The notes beneath the pieces were generated by a model, which did not search any database, had not been told where the DNA came from, and was given only the letters and a program-made list of their open reading frames with translations. The position numbers and the translations under genes were made by a program. A stretch of 59,621 nt of DNA, filler included, from Basidioascus undulatus (Eukaryota): NCBI GenBank assembly GCA_000826855.1. It is 7 parts of 7 records of this genome, joined end to end, with 100 filler letters (N's around TTAATTAATTAA, not from the genome) between each part and the next. Parts side by side here need not be neighbours in the genome. Positions count along the whole stretch, not along the records: positions 16,691 to 42,962 come from JTLS01000193.1; 6 more parts are not named here. One strand, given 5' to 3'. Of the stretch, positions 25,599 through 37,614 are shown piece after piece; position 1 is the stretch's first letter; the number at the start of each line of letters is the position of its first letter.

Positions 25599-27655
25599 TG
25601 CGCCTACCCCCCCGCTCGCTCGTGCGCACGCACCACCTTGGTTTGCTGCATCTCTTTTTTACTCGCACCTCTTCTTCCCGTTCAGCACGACGACGACGAC
25701 GACGTTACGACACGCGCTCGCATCCCACATCCCATGCACACTCCCTTTCCTCTTTGTTTCCTTTCTTTTCTTCTCGCCGTCCTCTTGCATTTCCCCTCCC
25801 CTGGTCAGGTCTTGCCGGGCTGGTCCCGCTTACCTCCCTCCCTGTTCATCCTGTCGCGTTCTTTCGCCTCTCTTCTCTTCCTCGCAAGGCATTCGCAACG
25901 CAAGGCTCCTACGTTTCTTCGCCTCTTCCGTTCATTCGCCCATTCTACATTCTACATTCATACAATTCGTACAATCACACATTCTACATTCATACAACCA
26001 CACTCATACGTCGTCTTCCGCATTCCCACCGTCCTAATCGTCGCCGGTCCTACTTTCCCCTTCTCTCTTTCCTCCCCCTCTATTCTTTGCCAGGTCCGGT
26101 CCAGCAACGTGCTTAATAATGCCTTCTTGGTTTCTTGCCATCCCCTTCTTGGTCGTCTCGCACGCCGCGCGTGGTGGGTTGTCGCCTCTGCTTCTTGCTT
26201 TCTTGGTCGGTGGTCGCGCTCGCGAGAGTATATTACTTCTGCTTCGCTTGGCACTTGCACTCTACTCATACATACGCTGTATGCATGCTCTTCTGTGGGA
26301 CTGTGGTCTGCGGTCTGTGGATTTTGAAGGTCGACGGCTGCGCCGCTGCCAGTGTAAGTTGGACGCGAAGCGTGGTTGCGGTTGCCTCACCCCTCGCTCT
26401 GAAGCGGCGGTCCGGGGATTGCGGTAGGGCGTGTTCTTACAGCATGCAAGGGCGCGGAGTACGCATGTTCAAATACCCACAATACCCGTTTGTACGCGCG
26501 GCAGTCATATATATACTGTGTGGCTGTCCATGCCAGCTGGCCACACCTGAATGTTCATGCTGGACAGCTCGACTTTGTTTGCGGTCGGTCCCTTGTTGCC
26601 AGATGGTTCACGGGACCGCATTTCTAAGGAGCAGTACCCTGCATGTGCTCGCGGGTAGAGAGTTGAGGATATTGGGCAGGAGTAGGACACGGGCTTCGTC
26701 GTTTGTTGGGAACCGAAGTCTGCGATGGCCTGCTGACTTGTTGAGGCGTGTGCCACGTCTTACTTCATCTCGCGACAACAATTTTCCCTTGTCCCATATT
26801 AAACCATCTATCCCTTTGTCTTCTGTCACGCAGACGACAGCAACGCGTTCCGCTCATAAAATCCTTTGCACTCGCGACCAACTCGCGACCTTCCGCTCAC
26901 TCCTCCAACGGACAGTATTTTCCTGGTCCGACGCCTACAGTCACAGAACTGTGCAGACGGTCGGCACAAGTTGTGCCGTTCGTCCAGCTCTGAGGGCCCC
27001 CAGAACGATCCCTGAACGGCGCGCGCAGCCGCAGAACTGAAAGCTTGTTGGGCGAGTCTGTTTAGCGCACGGCCCTCTCTGGAAGTCCCCTTGGCCGTTT
27101 TCATGGCCCCGACTTACGCTACAACAGTACAGTATTACGTATGTAGGGCTCATATTTTACCTCACCATGATGGTCAAGAGGTGCCTGACGAGTGAAGGAG
27201 GCAGCGCCGGGGCCCTCAACTGCGACAAGCCCCAGCCGGGCCCCTCTGTGTACCAGCGACCGAAAGCTCGATGCTCTCTGCCTTCTCCTTGAACGCGCTC
27301 GCCGGGCGCAACTGTAACGTCCGACAGTTGTCCTACAGAGCCTCGCCTAGCACGGCAGTATACCATCCCGGTGCCATCATTCTTCCTGACAGGTTTGAGC
27401 GTGAAGGAGGTGTGTGCTTTGCTCGGGGTCAAATTGGCACAAGTTCCGCCTTTGCTCCTGCCCCTCTTTCAAGGGATCCCACACTCACTCATCATCCCCA
27501 CCGTCGTTTTGCTGTTTCCTCACGTATCTACCCGCTCACATACTCTGGGGACTCGCTCTCAGGAGGTTCCCGCTCCCGGCTTCCTTCGTTTCTACCGACG
27601 GCGTGCCCTCCCCACACAACGCACCTCCCTCATCGTACGATTATTACGCGCAGCC

Positions 27656-28631
27656 ATGCTCGGCAAGCCCGATATGCTTATGCAATCCGACATCTCGTCG
27701 TCCATCTCGAGCTCGTCGGCTACGAGCAGCCAAGGCGGCCGGGGCCCGCCCAAGCCCGTCGTCACGCTCACCTTCTCTGAGCCTGACCCGCGGCGGTCGA
27801 ACGCGTTCGACGCAGCGGACGGGGTTGCCCGCTTCCGTCTGCAGACTAAGTCGCCACTGATCGGCCCTCCCAAGACCACTGTTTACGGCCACGACGGCGC
27901 GATCATTGCGGAATTCAAGATGCACCCGGGAGTGTCGTCTGCGAACGACAAGATTAAGTGGGGTCCGAACGGGAAGGAGGTCAAGGTGAGTGAAGCTTCT
28001 GGAGAAGTCTTGGGACTATGGGCTTGGCTCTCCACGGCTGCGCAGTGCCACTGGACAAACGATGAGCTGACTTGTCCTGTGATGGGCATGCACCGTGCAG
28101 CTCGATGACATGTTCTTCCCTGTCAAGGGCCTCGAAGGCGAAACGTATGTGTGCTCAGTTTCGGCGTCCCCATTCTATGGGAAGATTCCCCTGGCTTATT
28201 TTCGCAGCTTCAGCTGTCGCGGTTTCCTCGCCAGCGACGGGCGCGAGTACGTTTGGAGCGTGCACGACCATGAGCCGTCCATCGTGCGTCCGAACCGCTT
28301 GTTCTCACCCTCTAGGCCTGGATATCTACAGCTGACATCGACCAATTCGCCTGGCTCAAAGTGTTATCGCAAGGCGGACAAGATCTTGATGGCGGTGTAC
28401 CGGCCATACCTCAAGTGCGTCCCCTGCGCATCCCGTCCTCGTCCACTCAACCTGACGTCTTCTCTTCGCTCTACCACTAGACGCCGGGACGGCACCGTCG
28501 AGCTCGGCACTCTGGCGTTCGAGAAGAGTGGACTGAAGGCCTTCGAGCACATTGCCGTCATGGGGATGATCACTGAGGCGCGCAGCATGCTCAAGGAGGC
28601 CGCCATGCGGTCCCTCAAGACACTCGCTTGA
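27656..28631 (+). CDS. Hypothetical protein, DUF6593/Tubby-like basidiomycete family
   Basis: LTFSEPDPRRS...FRLQTK...TTVY...IAEF...KIKW, FLASDGREYVW and MAVYRP...GTLAF. Multi-exon. Confidence 0.6.
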
Positions 28632-29139
28632 CCTTCTTCCCCTCGCCGCCACCCACTCCATGCATACCCGCCATGTTGTTCAAAGCATTCGCACGCTGAG
28701 CTCTTCTGTATTTTCTTTTATTCTACGGGGATTTGTGACCATGGCGTATCCGCTGTTGGTTGCGCCACTGCGCTCGGTGTATGCTGCATGCTGCTCGTGC
28801 CCCCTGATAGATGCCGTCAATAGAAAGAGATTGGCGCCGTTATATGGTTTCTGATCGTGTGCCTCACGAGTCCAACTGCCAATCACGCAACAATGAACAT
28901 CGCAGCGGCCGCGAAACTTGACACGTCCGAAATCTCAATATGCAAGCCCCAACCCCATGCAGTAGAGGGGAGCGAAACACCATGTCATGTATGTTGACAT
29001 GTTTCTCGGCACGAAGAAAGATATTGAAATTGTTCTGAGGCAGAAATAGGAGGGAACCGAGTGAGACGAAAGGGAAGCTTGTGTCGGAAGGGTGTCAGGC
29101 GTGAAAATGTCGTCCAGCGTATGAGCAGCACCGAGCACT

Positions 29140-30504
29140 TCAAGTCATGTACATTCCATCCAGTAAGGGTAATCGGCTCGATGGTGAGTGGTCTCCTGGT
29201 TATCTGGGTTACCATGGGGCATAAGCTTACGTCAATAACAACCGTTTCGCCAGTAATGGCAGTACTGCCAGGCGACGCGAGGAAGCTGGCCCCTGTCCAC
29301 ACCCAGTTAGAATATTCGACGGTTTTGGCCGCACAAGCTTACTGGACTCCATCCGCAATCTCCTCCGGCCACAGGATGCGGCCAATTGGAATGATCTGCT
29401 CGAGCTTTGTGCGGGGAAGCTGAAGTCAGCGACAGGTTGGCAAAATTGCGAATCGCGAAGAATGTTTCCCTTACGGTCCTCGTAAGGTCACCCGGCTCTG
29501 TACCCGACAGCTCTGCAGTCTGTCGGTCGGCTTCGACCCATAAGGGAGTTGCGGTAGGACCGCTGTCGAGGGACGCTCTGTCAGCGACGATCTGCTCCTG
29601 GCTTTTGCGACCTCACGCACGGCGCATATGTAGTGACAGTGATCTGTCAATGGTATGAAATGTCAAAAAACTCCATATCTGGTCTACTGCGGTTAAGTTG
29701 GGAATCCTGCAGAGAACGGACATTGTATTTGGCAAACTCATACGCAGCAACCTGGTTGAGGCCACGAATGCCGAACTTCGTGGGGCTGTACGTGCCGAAG
29801 TAGTCCAGAGTGAGGAAGGAGACATTCGAATATGCAGCTTCAGGGGGAGTCACAAACTCATCAGTTCGTTTTGAACTCGACAATCAGATGTGTGCCCGGC
29901 CGAAGTACCAATCAGTCTCCCTCCTGTGCCTTGGGCAATCATCTGTCTGGCAGCCGCTTGGTAGCATAGAAGCACTCCAACGAGATTAGTGTTGAGGCTG
30001 GAAAATAGAAGTTAGTGTGCACTTGGACTAGAAAGGCAAGATCAAGAGCAAACGCACTCCTGCCGGAAGCTACTGGGTGTGATATCGAGGAACTCCTGAA
30101 ATGTGCCACTCCCGGCGTTCGCCACCATCACTGCATATGCAAATGACTCTCAGATAACGAAAACGGAAACGTCTCTAACAAAAAATGAGCATACCGTGAA
30201 ATCCTCCGAATTTGTCAACCACTGCTTCGACCATTCCATCTACCTCGACCTTGTGCCTCACATCGGCAGTGACGATGAGGCCATGCCCTCCGTTGGCCTC
30301 GATCTCGGCAAGCACCGCCTGGAGCAGGCCCAGCTTGTAGGGGAAGTCGTTTATTCCAACGCGAATACCATCTTTGGACAGACTCAGAGCAATGGCCCTA
30401 CCCATGCCTTGTGCGGCACCAGTCACGATTGCTACTCGCGTGCGCGGCGGATGGCGAAGCGGCTGCGAAGCGGTCAGGGAAGGGGTGAGGTGTGTGGTGG
30501 ACAT
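29140..30504 (-). CDS. Short-chain dehydrogenase/reductase (acetoin/diacetyl reductase-like)
   Basis: VAIVTGAAQGMGRAIA, VMVANAG, YQAAARQMIAQGTGGRLI, catalytic YSPTK, SFLASPGSTAITGETVVID. Last exon uncertain. Confidence 0.88.
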
Positions 30505-31172
30505 CACGATACTGGTCTTTGGTGTTCAGGGATTGTATCCTGGAGGCCCTTCAGATCCATGTTCATGCTTCCCCTTTATACGTGATGGCAAGACGCAGGC
30601 TGTGCAGTATCCGGCAACTACGGCGGTGGACAGCAATCCCCCTTGCCCACTACCATCAGCGTTCCTGTGATTAAACGAAGTTTACAAGCTCATCACAACA
30701 AATAAGAAGTATGTAGGAGGCTCTGAAGCTCAACTAAAAGTCCCTGATACGGGCGACTCGGCTCGACACATCGTCCACGCCTACTCGTCCCCCACGCCGC
30801 GGCCCGGCCTGTAATCAATGCTGTCCACATCTTCAAACAGTAAAAAAGGATCTCCAGGTCCACCAGTATTATGCCTCTATGCGTCGATCTCAAAGTTAAG
30901 TCTATCCCTTGCGCCTGCATGCATTGGCATGGGCGGCCCGGAGCTCCTTTCGCGGGCTTCGGAAGCTGAGGTATTCCGGTAAAAAAATTTGACCATATGT
31001 CATCGAGAGATTAATTAACGTTCACGTCTAGGTGTCTGTGTGCGCGCATGCTGTCTCTTACTGCCCATCTTTCACAATGGCTACTCTTTGTGACCGCTTC
31101 CAATGATGCTTGTTACCACGGAATCAACACAACAAGCTTTGTAGGAATAATACATGATGTCTTTCTCGGCAT

Positions 31173-31919
31173 CTACATCATGCCGACGTTATGCAGTGTT
31201 TCCATCTCAAAACAGACATTGATCCGCTCCTTCTTCCTTGTACAGCGCTGTCTTGGTCCGAGCCGCTTTCTTGCCGTCCATCCAGAAATATAAAAATTGT
31301 TAATAGTCGGTACTTGGCAGAAATTTCTGCAACAAGGGGTACGCACTATTTTCTGGCCCCACGTTTTGCGAACGTGTTCGCGTTGCTCGAAAGTATCGAA
31401 GAGTAGCTTGTTCTCGCTCTCGCCGGGTCGCTCTGGGTTGTCCAACCTCTCGAATGTGATCGGGACGATATGGCCGGAAGGCAGACCGAAAGAAGAGAGT
31501 TAGAGTTCCCCCTAAGTACTTCATGCAAGTTCTATCAAACAGAAGTCACCAGCTCACCTCGTCAACGTCGTACGACTCAGGAGGATCGGCCAAACTGGAC
31601 TTGCTCTGGGCAGCTTTCTTCCCTTGCATCTAGCAGGTACCCGGGATTAAAATTCGCTATGTAGAGTGGTGATCCCGACAAGAATGGATACGCACGATTT
31701 TCTCGCCCATTGTCTGCGAATGTCCTCGCGTTGCTCGAACGTCTCGAAGGGTAACCCGTTCTTCGCGGCCCACAGCATCATCGGAGAGGGTCTCCAAGAG
31801 CCCCGAGCGTCGGGAGGGTATGCGTCTTGGGGGCTTGTCACAACGAAGCCGCCAGTAGAGCTCGGGAGGCGGTTTGGTCGGGAGGCGAGGGCTCTGAGAG
31901 AACGAAAGCAGCGCGGCAT
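31173..31919 (-). pseudogene. Unrecognised family, copy 2 (N-terminal part with duplicated FxTFEQRE exon)
   Basis: MPRCFRSLRALASR...NGLPFETFEQREDIRRQW|, PPESYDVDE|, then LLFDTFEQREHVRKTW|. Upstream region homologous to 37620-37790. Confidence 0.55.
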
Positions 31920-32579
31920 GCTGAACTGTCGGCAAAGGACGAAGGTTGCAGAGAGGGTCGACGAAGCGGAAAGGAGGGGTTGAAGCTCTCGAAGTGTAAA
32001 GGTTGGAAGGAAGAGGGTGAAGGGGTGAAAGGTAGAGAGCGACGAAGAGAAAGGAGGCGCAGTGGAAAGACGGAGCAATCTGTCATAACGCGTTCCCCCT
32101 GTGCATTGTACAGTGGACTAAGTCCTTGAGTAAAGGTTTCAAATCTAGGTAATAGGGGGATCATCGAGGGCAGATTGATGTGTACCCACATCCGCGGCCT
32201 TATGCGCCAGGCTCGCCAGCGAACGTGTGGTGATTTTGAGACCCTCTGAAGACTACAGCAACAAGATGACTTACAAACTGCGGGATCTTCCCGGCTGCCC
32301 CCGGCACATGAGCTAGGATTAACTTCTTCTGCAGCACGATACGCTGTGCTGGTGAAACGGGCAAGGGCGGAGGCCGGAAGTGAGTGTTCGATGTTGCCAC
32401 TCAAGCACCTAATGCCACCAAAGGCGCACCCATGACTGAGATAGTCGTATTGGAAGTGTATACAATTCAAAGTTCACTGGTACGCAGAGCTTTTAGGGAA
32501 AGTATGGAGGTGAGTAGTACGGTCGAAATGTCGACGTCGCAACGTCGCAGCCAGATCTCAGGCTGTGCCCGGCCTGAGC

Positions 32580-32966
32580 CGGAGATCCTCGATGCCCTTA
32601 ATTCCAAGCCTGCATTTTTGGGCATGTTTCTTGCTTTTACTTCGATAAGGACACATTTGGGAGTATTGGTGGGTGCTATAACAAAGTTGTTTATGTGTAA
32701 ATCAAGCCTACCCCTGAGCCGTGCCTCGCTGCGTTTCCCGCCATTTGTCCCGCCTTGGGCATCAAATTGCCCCTGTGCTGTGTGGCAGAGATATGTAAAA
32801 GGTTGTTTACATCTTTTAAAAGTTCTTGGGAGCAGGCGAGAAGCGAGAAGGAAGCGAAATGCCTTGCAGAGTCGACTTCGCGCCATCACCAAGTCGCGCG
32901 CCCTATTGGGTTACATATGTACTCGAGCAAATGCAGGCTTGGAATTAAGGCCATCGCGGAGATCCT
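32580..32966. mobile_element. Putative MITE/MULE-like element (28-bp TIRs, 10-bp TSD)
   Basis: cgatgcccttaattccaagcctgcattt (32590-32617) is the reverse complement of 32929-32956 with 1 mismatch. CGGAGATCCT directly flanks both ends (32580-32589 and 32957-32966). Confidence 0.55.
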
Positions 32967-33363
32967 GCATGGTGTCATCATGGCTGCAGTGGAAGGGCTT
33001 CACCACATCAACTATTACATTCCATATTTTGTTGAAGTTGAGTAACCCGTTGACTGCAGCGTTGGGCGGTGTAAATGTCAAACGTCAGTTGTTAGACAGC
33101 CGAGCAAGCGGCCGTCGGGAATTCAAGAAAGCCGATAGCTGAAAAGTTGGCGCGGAACATCCGCCTCTAAGTCGAGCGTCTTCTCTTCACCCCCTCCTCA
33201 CCGCCGGCACCCTCTTCCTCGCCGTTTCCGCCAATCTCGACGCACTCTCCGTAGACGGCAGTTCTCTCTTCGCCGCCGCCACCGTCAACCCACCCTACCC
33301 AGGCAGCGTTCGACCTACCCTTACCCTTCCTGCTTCCCCCCTTCGATATCGACCACCCTTTCC

Positions 33364-35843
33364 ATGCTGTATGGCGCAGATTCTTACCGAGAACGACGGA
33401 ATCTGTGCTAAATCTTATGCTTCCAGCTGCCTTTACGAGACCAGCGCTGGTCTGGCGATCTTGTAGGTCGACCCACACTGTCGGCTGGAGGGCATGCGCT
33501 AAGCAGGGAGGGCGGGCTTTCACAGCAAGGTTGCCGACGGCAAGCTCGAGGACCCAGACTTGCACAAGCACTTTGACTCTGCGGAGAGCGCTACCAACCT
33601 GTGCGTTGTTCCGAGGCTGGGAAACGGAGATGGGCGCTGACGGGCGGCATCGCCTGGGACAGCGTCAAGCTCAAGGCGATCCACCGCTTCAGCTCGACGG
33701 CCGACGCCGTCGAGGACATCACTGCTCTGCAGGACGGGAAGCTGAGCAAGGCCGTCAAGAAGTTCCTGGTGGACGAGGTGCAGGGCGGGGAGAAGAAGTC
33801 GAAAAGGGCCGAGACGCTCGCCGTCATCGACCCCAAGCTCGGTGCGTAGTCCTGAAGAAGACGCGCTACCACCGAGGGGATCTGGCTGACGAGGACGGGG
33901 AACAGGCTCCACCATCTCCCAGAAGCTCGGCATCAAGGTCATCAGCGACTCGACCACGATGGATCTCTACCGCGGCATTCGCTCCCAGCTGTCTGCTCTC
34001 CTCAACGGCGTGGACCAGAAGGACCTCGACACCATGTCTCTCGGTCTTTCCCACTCGCTCTCCCGGTACAAGATCCGCTTCTCGCCTGACAAGGTGCGCT
34101 CATCGTTCTGCGTCCGACCGATGGTGGGAAGTCGCTGATTTCGTATTTGCGCTGCGCAGGTCGACGTCATGGTCGTTCAGGCTATCGCGCTCCTCGACGA
34201 CCTCGACAAGGAGCTCAACATCTACGCCATGCGTGTCAAGGTTCGTTGGAGGTTTGAGCGGGAAGGGCGGCAGTCGATGCTGATAGGTCTGTTTTGTGGC
34301 AACAGGAGTGGTACGGCTGGCACTTCCCCGAGATGGGCAAGATCATCACGGACAACATCGCGTACGCGAAGGTGGTCAAGGCAATGGGCTTCCGTACCAA
34401 CTGCACCTCTACCGACCTCTCCACGATCCTTCCTGAGGACCTCGAGGCCGCCCTCGGCGTCGCGTCCAACCTCTCGATGGGCACGGAGATCTCTGAGACC
34501 GACCTCGCGCACATCCACTCGCTCTGCGACCAGGTCATTTCCATCTCCGCCTACCGCGCCGAGCTCTACGAGTACCTCCGCAACCGCATGAACGCCATCG
34601 CGCCCAACCTGACCGCTCTCGTTGGCGAGCTCGTCGGCGCCCGCCTCATCTCCCACGCGGGCAGCCTCGTCACCCTCGCCAAGTACCCTGCCTCGACCGT
34701 CCAGATTCTCGGCGCCGAGAAGGCGCTTTTCCGCGCGCTCAAGACCAAGCACGATACGCCCAAGTACGGTCTCATCTACCACGTGCGTCTTGTTTTGCCT
34801 CCTCCCGTCTTGTTGCCAGAACCGACATCGTCTCCGTTTTGTGTTCCAGGCCTCCCTCGTCGGCCAGGCCCCTCAAAAGCTCAAGGGCAAGATGGCGCGC
34901 ATGCTGGCGACCAAGACCTCCCTCTCCACCCGCCTCGACGCGCTCGCCGACGCCGAGACGAAGTCGGACATGTCTGCGCCCACGATCGGGCTCGAGCAGC
35001 GCGCGAAGCTTGAGTCTCGTCTGCGCGCGCTCGAGCGCCAGGCGGGCATCGAGCGCGTCCGGACGGAGGCGCCCGCGGGGGCGAAGAAGCAGGGCAAATT
35101 CGCGTACGAGGGCGCGGGCAAGATGTACAACAACGGCGCGGACGACGTCGCCACGCTTATTGCGACGCAGCCGCTGGCGGGCAACGGCGTGAAGGACGAC
35201 GACGAGATGGAGCAGGACAGCGATGAAGAGGCGGGCACCGCGGTGGAGAAGGCTGCGGAGGAGATCAAGGCGGACAAGAAGAAGGCGAAGAAGGTGCGTC
35301 TATTACCGCGGCGCTATGATTATGGAGATGAGGTCGTTAAAGCGATTTCGCGGCTCTGTAGGAGGCGAAGAAAGCGGCGGTATGTCTGCATTTCATGCTG
35401 TTCGGTGCGGCACTGTGATGGCTGACTTGGTCTTTCCGATGATCCGCAGAAGGAGGCGGTCAACGGCGAGGGATTGACGGACAAGGAGCGGAGGAAAGCT
35501 GAGAAGGCGGCGGCCAAGGCGGCGGCTAAGGTGCGATCCCTGCCATCTCAACCATAGCACGACCCCTTCCTAACACCGACTGGCAACGTTTCCCACAGGC
35601 TGCCGAGATTGCTCCCGTCGGCCCCGAATCCTCTCCCGTCAAGGAGTCGAAGAAGGATAAGAAGAAGCGTTCGCGGGATGAGGATGGCGAGGAGGTACGT
35701 GCTCTCACCTGCTGGCTTTCCGCTCGGGAGAGTTTTTGAGACTTGTCGTTATTACGAATCTTTAGGAGTCCGCTGAGGCCAAGCGTGCGCGCAAGGAGGC
35801 AAAGCGGGCGGAGAAGAAGGCACGCAAGAGCGAGACTGCATGA
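33364..35843 (+). CDS. NOP58: Nucleolar protein 58 (box C/D snoRNP core)
   Basis: [85 protein letters not shown], and a KKE/D-rich tail. Confidence 0.97.
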
Positions 35844-36271
35844 GCAGGTCGCGCTTTTGTCAGTCGTTGGGGTCCGGACTTCGTCTTTTCTCTTTTCTTC
35901 GCATTGTTGTGTACTTTTGCCCGCTTAACTTGCACATCCACCTTGCATCTTATTGTGAACCGTCCGCGCATTGGGGTGCACGTCAAATCATAATTCAGGG
36001 GGATGCACGCCGGCAGCAAGCTACGCATCGCCAGGCGGCGTTTGCACGCACGTCCGAACGACTGAGGTGAGTGTTTCAAGTAGCGCAGCCTCTGAGTATC
36101 GCGCTTCTGTGTGGTTTCTTTCCAACCCACGTCTTTGAAGCACGACGTGTTCAAACTTACTCCCGTCGTGGAGCAAGGTGAGCCCGTGACAGGCGGTCGC
36201 TGCTACAGGCACGGTCTTCGGTGTCCCACAAATCAACAATACAATTGTACGACTTGGCGTCCTAATGGCTG

Positions 36272-37614
36272 TTAGACCTCCCGCTCCTCCTTCACCGGTA
36301 TCACCCGAAGACCGTGGACGTAGAGCGCGACGGCCACTTGCGGCAACAACCGCGTCGGCAGGTCCTTCCATTCGGGATGCCTCTGGCTTTGATGCTCCGA
36401 GACCCGTCGGTCAGCCTTCTCAAGTTCCTCTGTCCATTTCTCGTCCCAGCCGTCCAGCTCGACACCGCCCTCGCGGAGCTAAGCTTGAGGGTTCTATCCA
36501 GGGAGTATGTCATCCACATCGTCAGCACCGCGGTCAATGTAAGGCTTAACGCGTAAGATCCACTTTGATAAAGCCCTTTGGAAGTTGGTGTGGTCCTAAA
36601 ACACACGTCGCAGTCAGCCACTTTAATTTCATGCCAACGTAGACAGAGCAATAGTTATAATACCTTGATACCAAGCAAACCATCCTCGTCTGTCCTCTTC
36701 AGCAGCCCCAAGAGACTGCGAGGGACATTATCCCCGAGGACCTCGGCAGTCCAGACACCGGGACTTCCATCAAGTATTCCGAGTTTGATGAGGACAGCCC
36801 GGTCGACTTTGTAGCTTTTGGAGTTGCGCTCGCTCATTCGAGCTGGTCCCCCGCAGGCTCGGTTGCTTCGACGCTTCCGTCCTCGACCTTCGAAATACAT
36901 TAATCAACCATATGTTCACAAGCAGCTTTCTTCCTGTGAGGACCCACAAAACAGCGAAACTCACGTCGGCCGGGCGTTCCTGCTCCACCAGGTCGAGCCT
37001 TTTCAGAACTGCAGTGACCGGAGTTGGCTCAGCGATCACGAATTCGCTGGGTAAAGACGTCAGAATGCCGATGAACCCACGCAGTGTACGTGTGAGCGCC
37101 TTGTGGACTTACTGTTCGTCTTCGCCGTTCGCCCAACGAAGCTTCACGCCATGAAGGTCAAGCTGTACAACCAGGGTCTCGCCCGGTTGCTCTTCTTTGT
37201 CCAACATGTCGATCGCGGACTCGTAGATGGTAAGGGGACAGTCAAACTTCCGTGTAAGCACTGAGGCAAGTTTTATCAATGGAAGTGACCAGCTCACCTC
37301 ATCGGCGTCGTCCGACTCGGGAAAGATGGTCGAAAGGGACTTGTTCCGAGCCGCTTTCTGGCCGTCTCTCTAAGGAATTGAAGAATTAGCCGCTTGGGGA
37401 GCAGATTCGACAGCTCAAAAGATTAAACACGCACGATCCCCACAACTTGCTAACGGTTTCGCGTTGCTCGGCAGTGCTGAAAGGCAGCCCGTTATACATG
37501 GCCCACTTGAGAGGGAGCCTCTCCCGAGGGGTCGTCACTGCAAAACCGCGAGTAGCGCCGGGGCCTCGGATTGATCGAAAGGCGATGAGGTTGAGAGCGC
37601 AGGCCGCGGAGCAT
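36272..37614 (-). pseudogene. Unrecognised family, copy 3 (most complete)
   Basis: NGLPFSTAEQRETVSKLW|, LSTIFPESDDADE|, YKVDRAVLIKLGILDGSPGV...GIK|, NPQA*LREGGVELDGWD...QVAVALYV. TAG at 36479-36481 and probable frameshifts. Confidence 0.6.

Noticed and set aside
25598..27040. Long ORFs downstream of the RGS gene
   Set aside because: Pyrimidine-rich 3'UTR or intergenic composition, with no codon bias or motifs.
35294..35450. Box C/D snoRNAs in NOP58 introns
   Set aside because: The introns are only ~68 nt, CTGA coincides with the branch point, and there is no proper RTGATGA...CTGA pair with a terminal stem.
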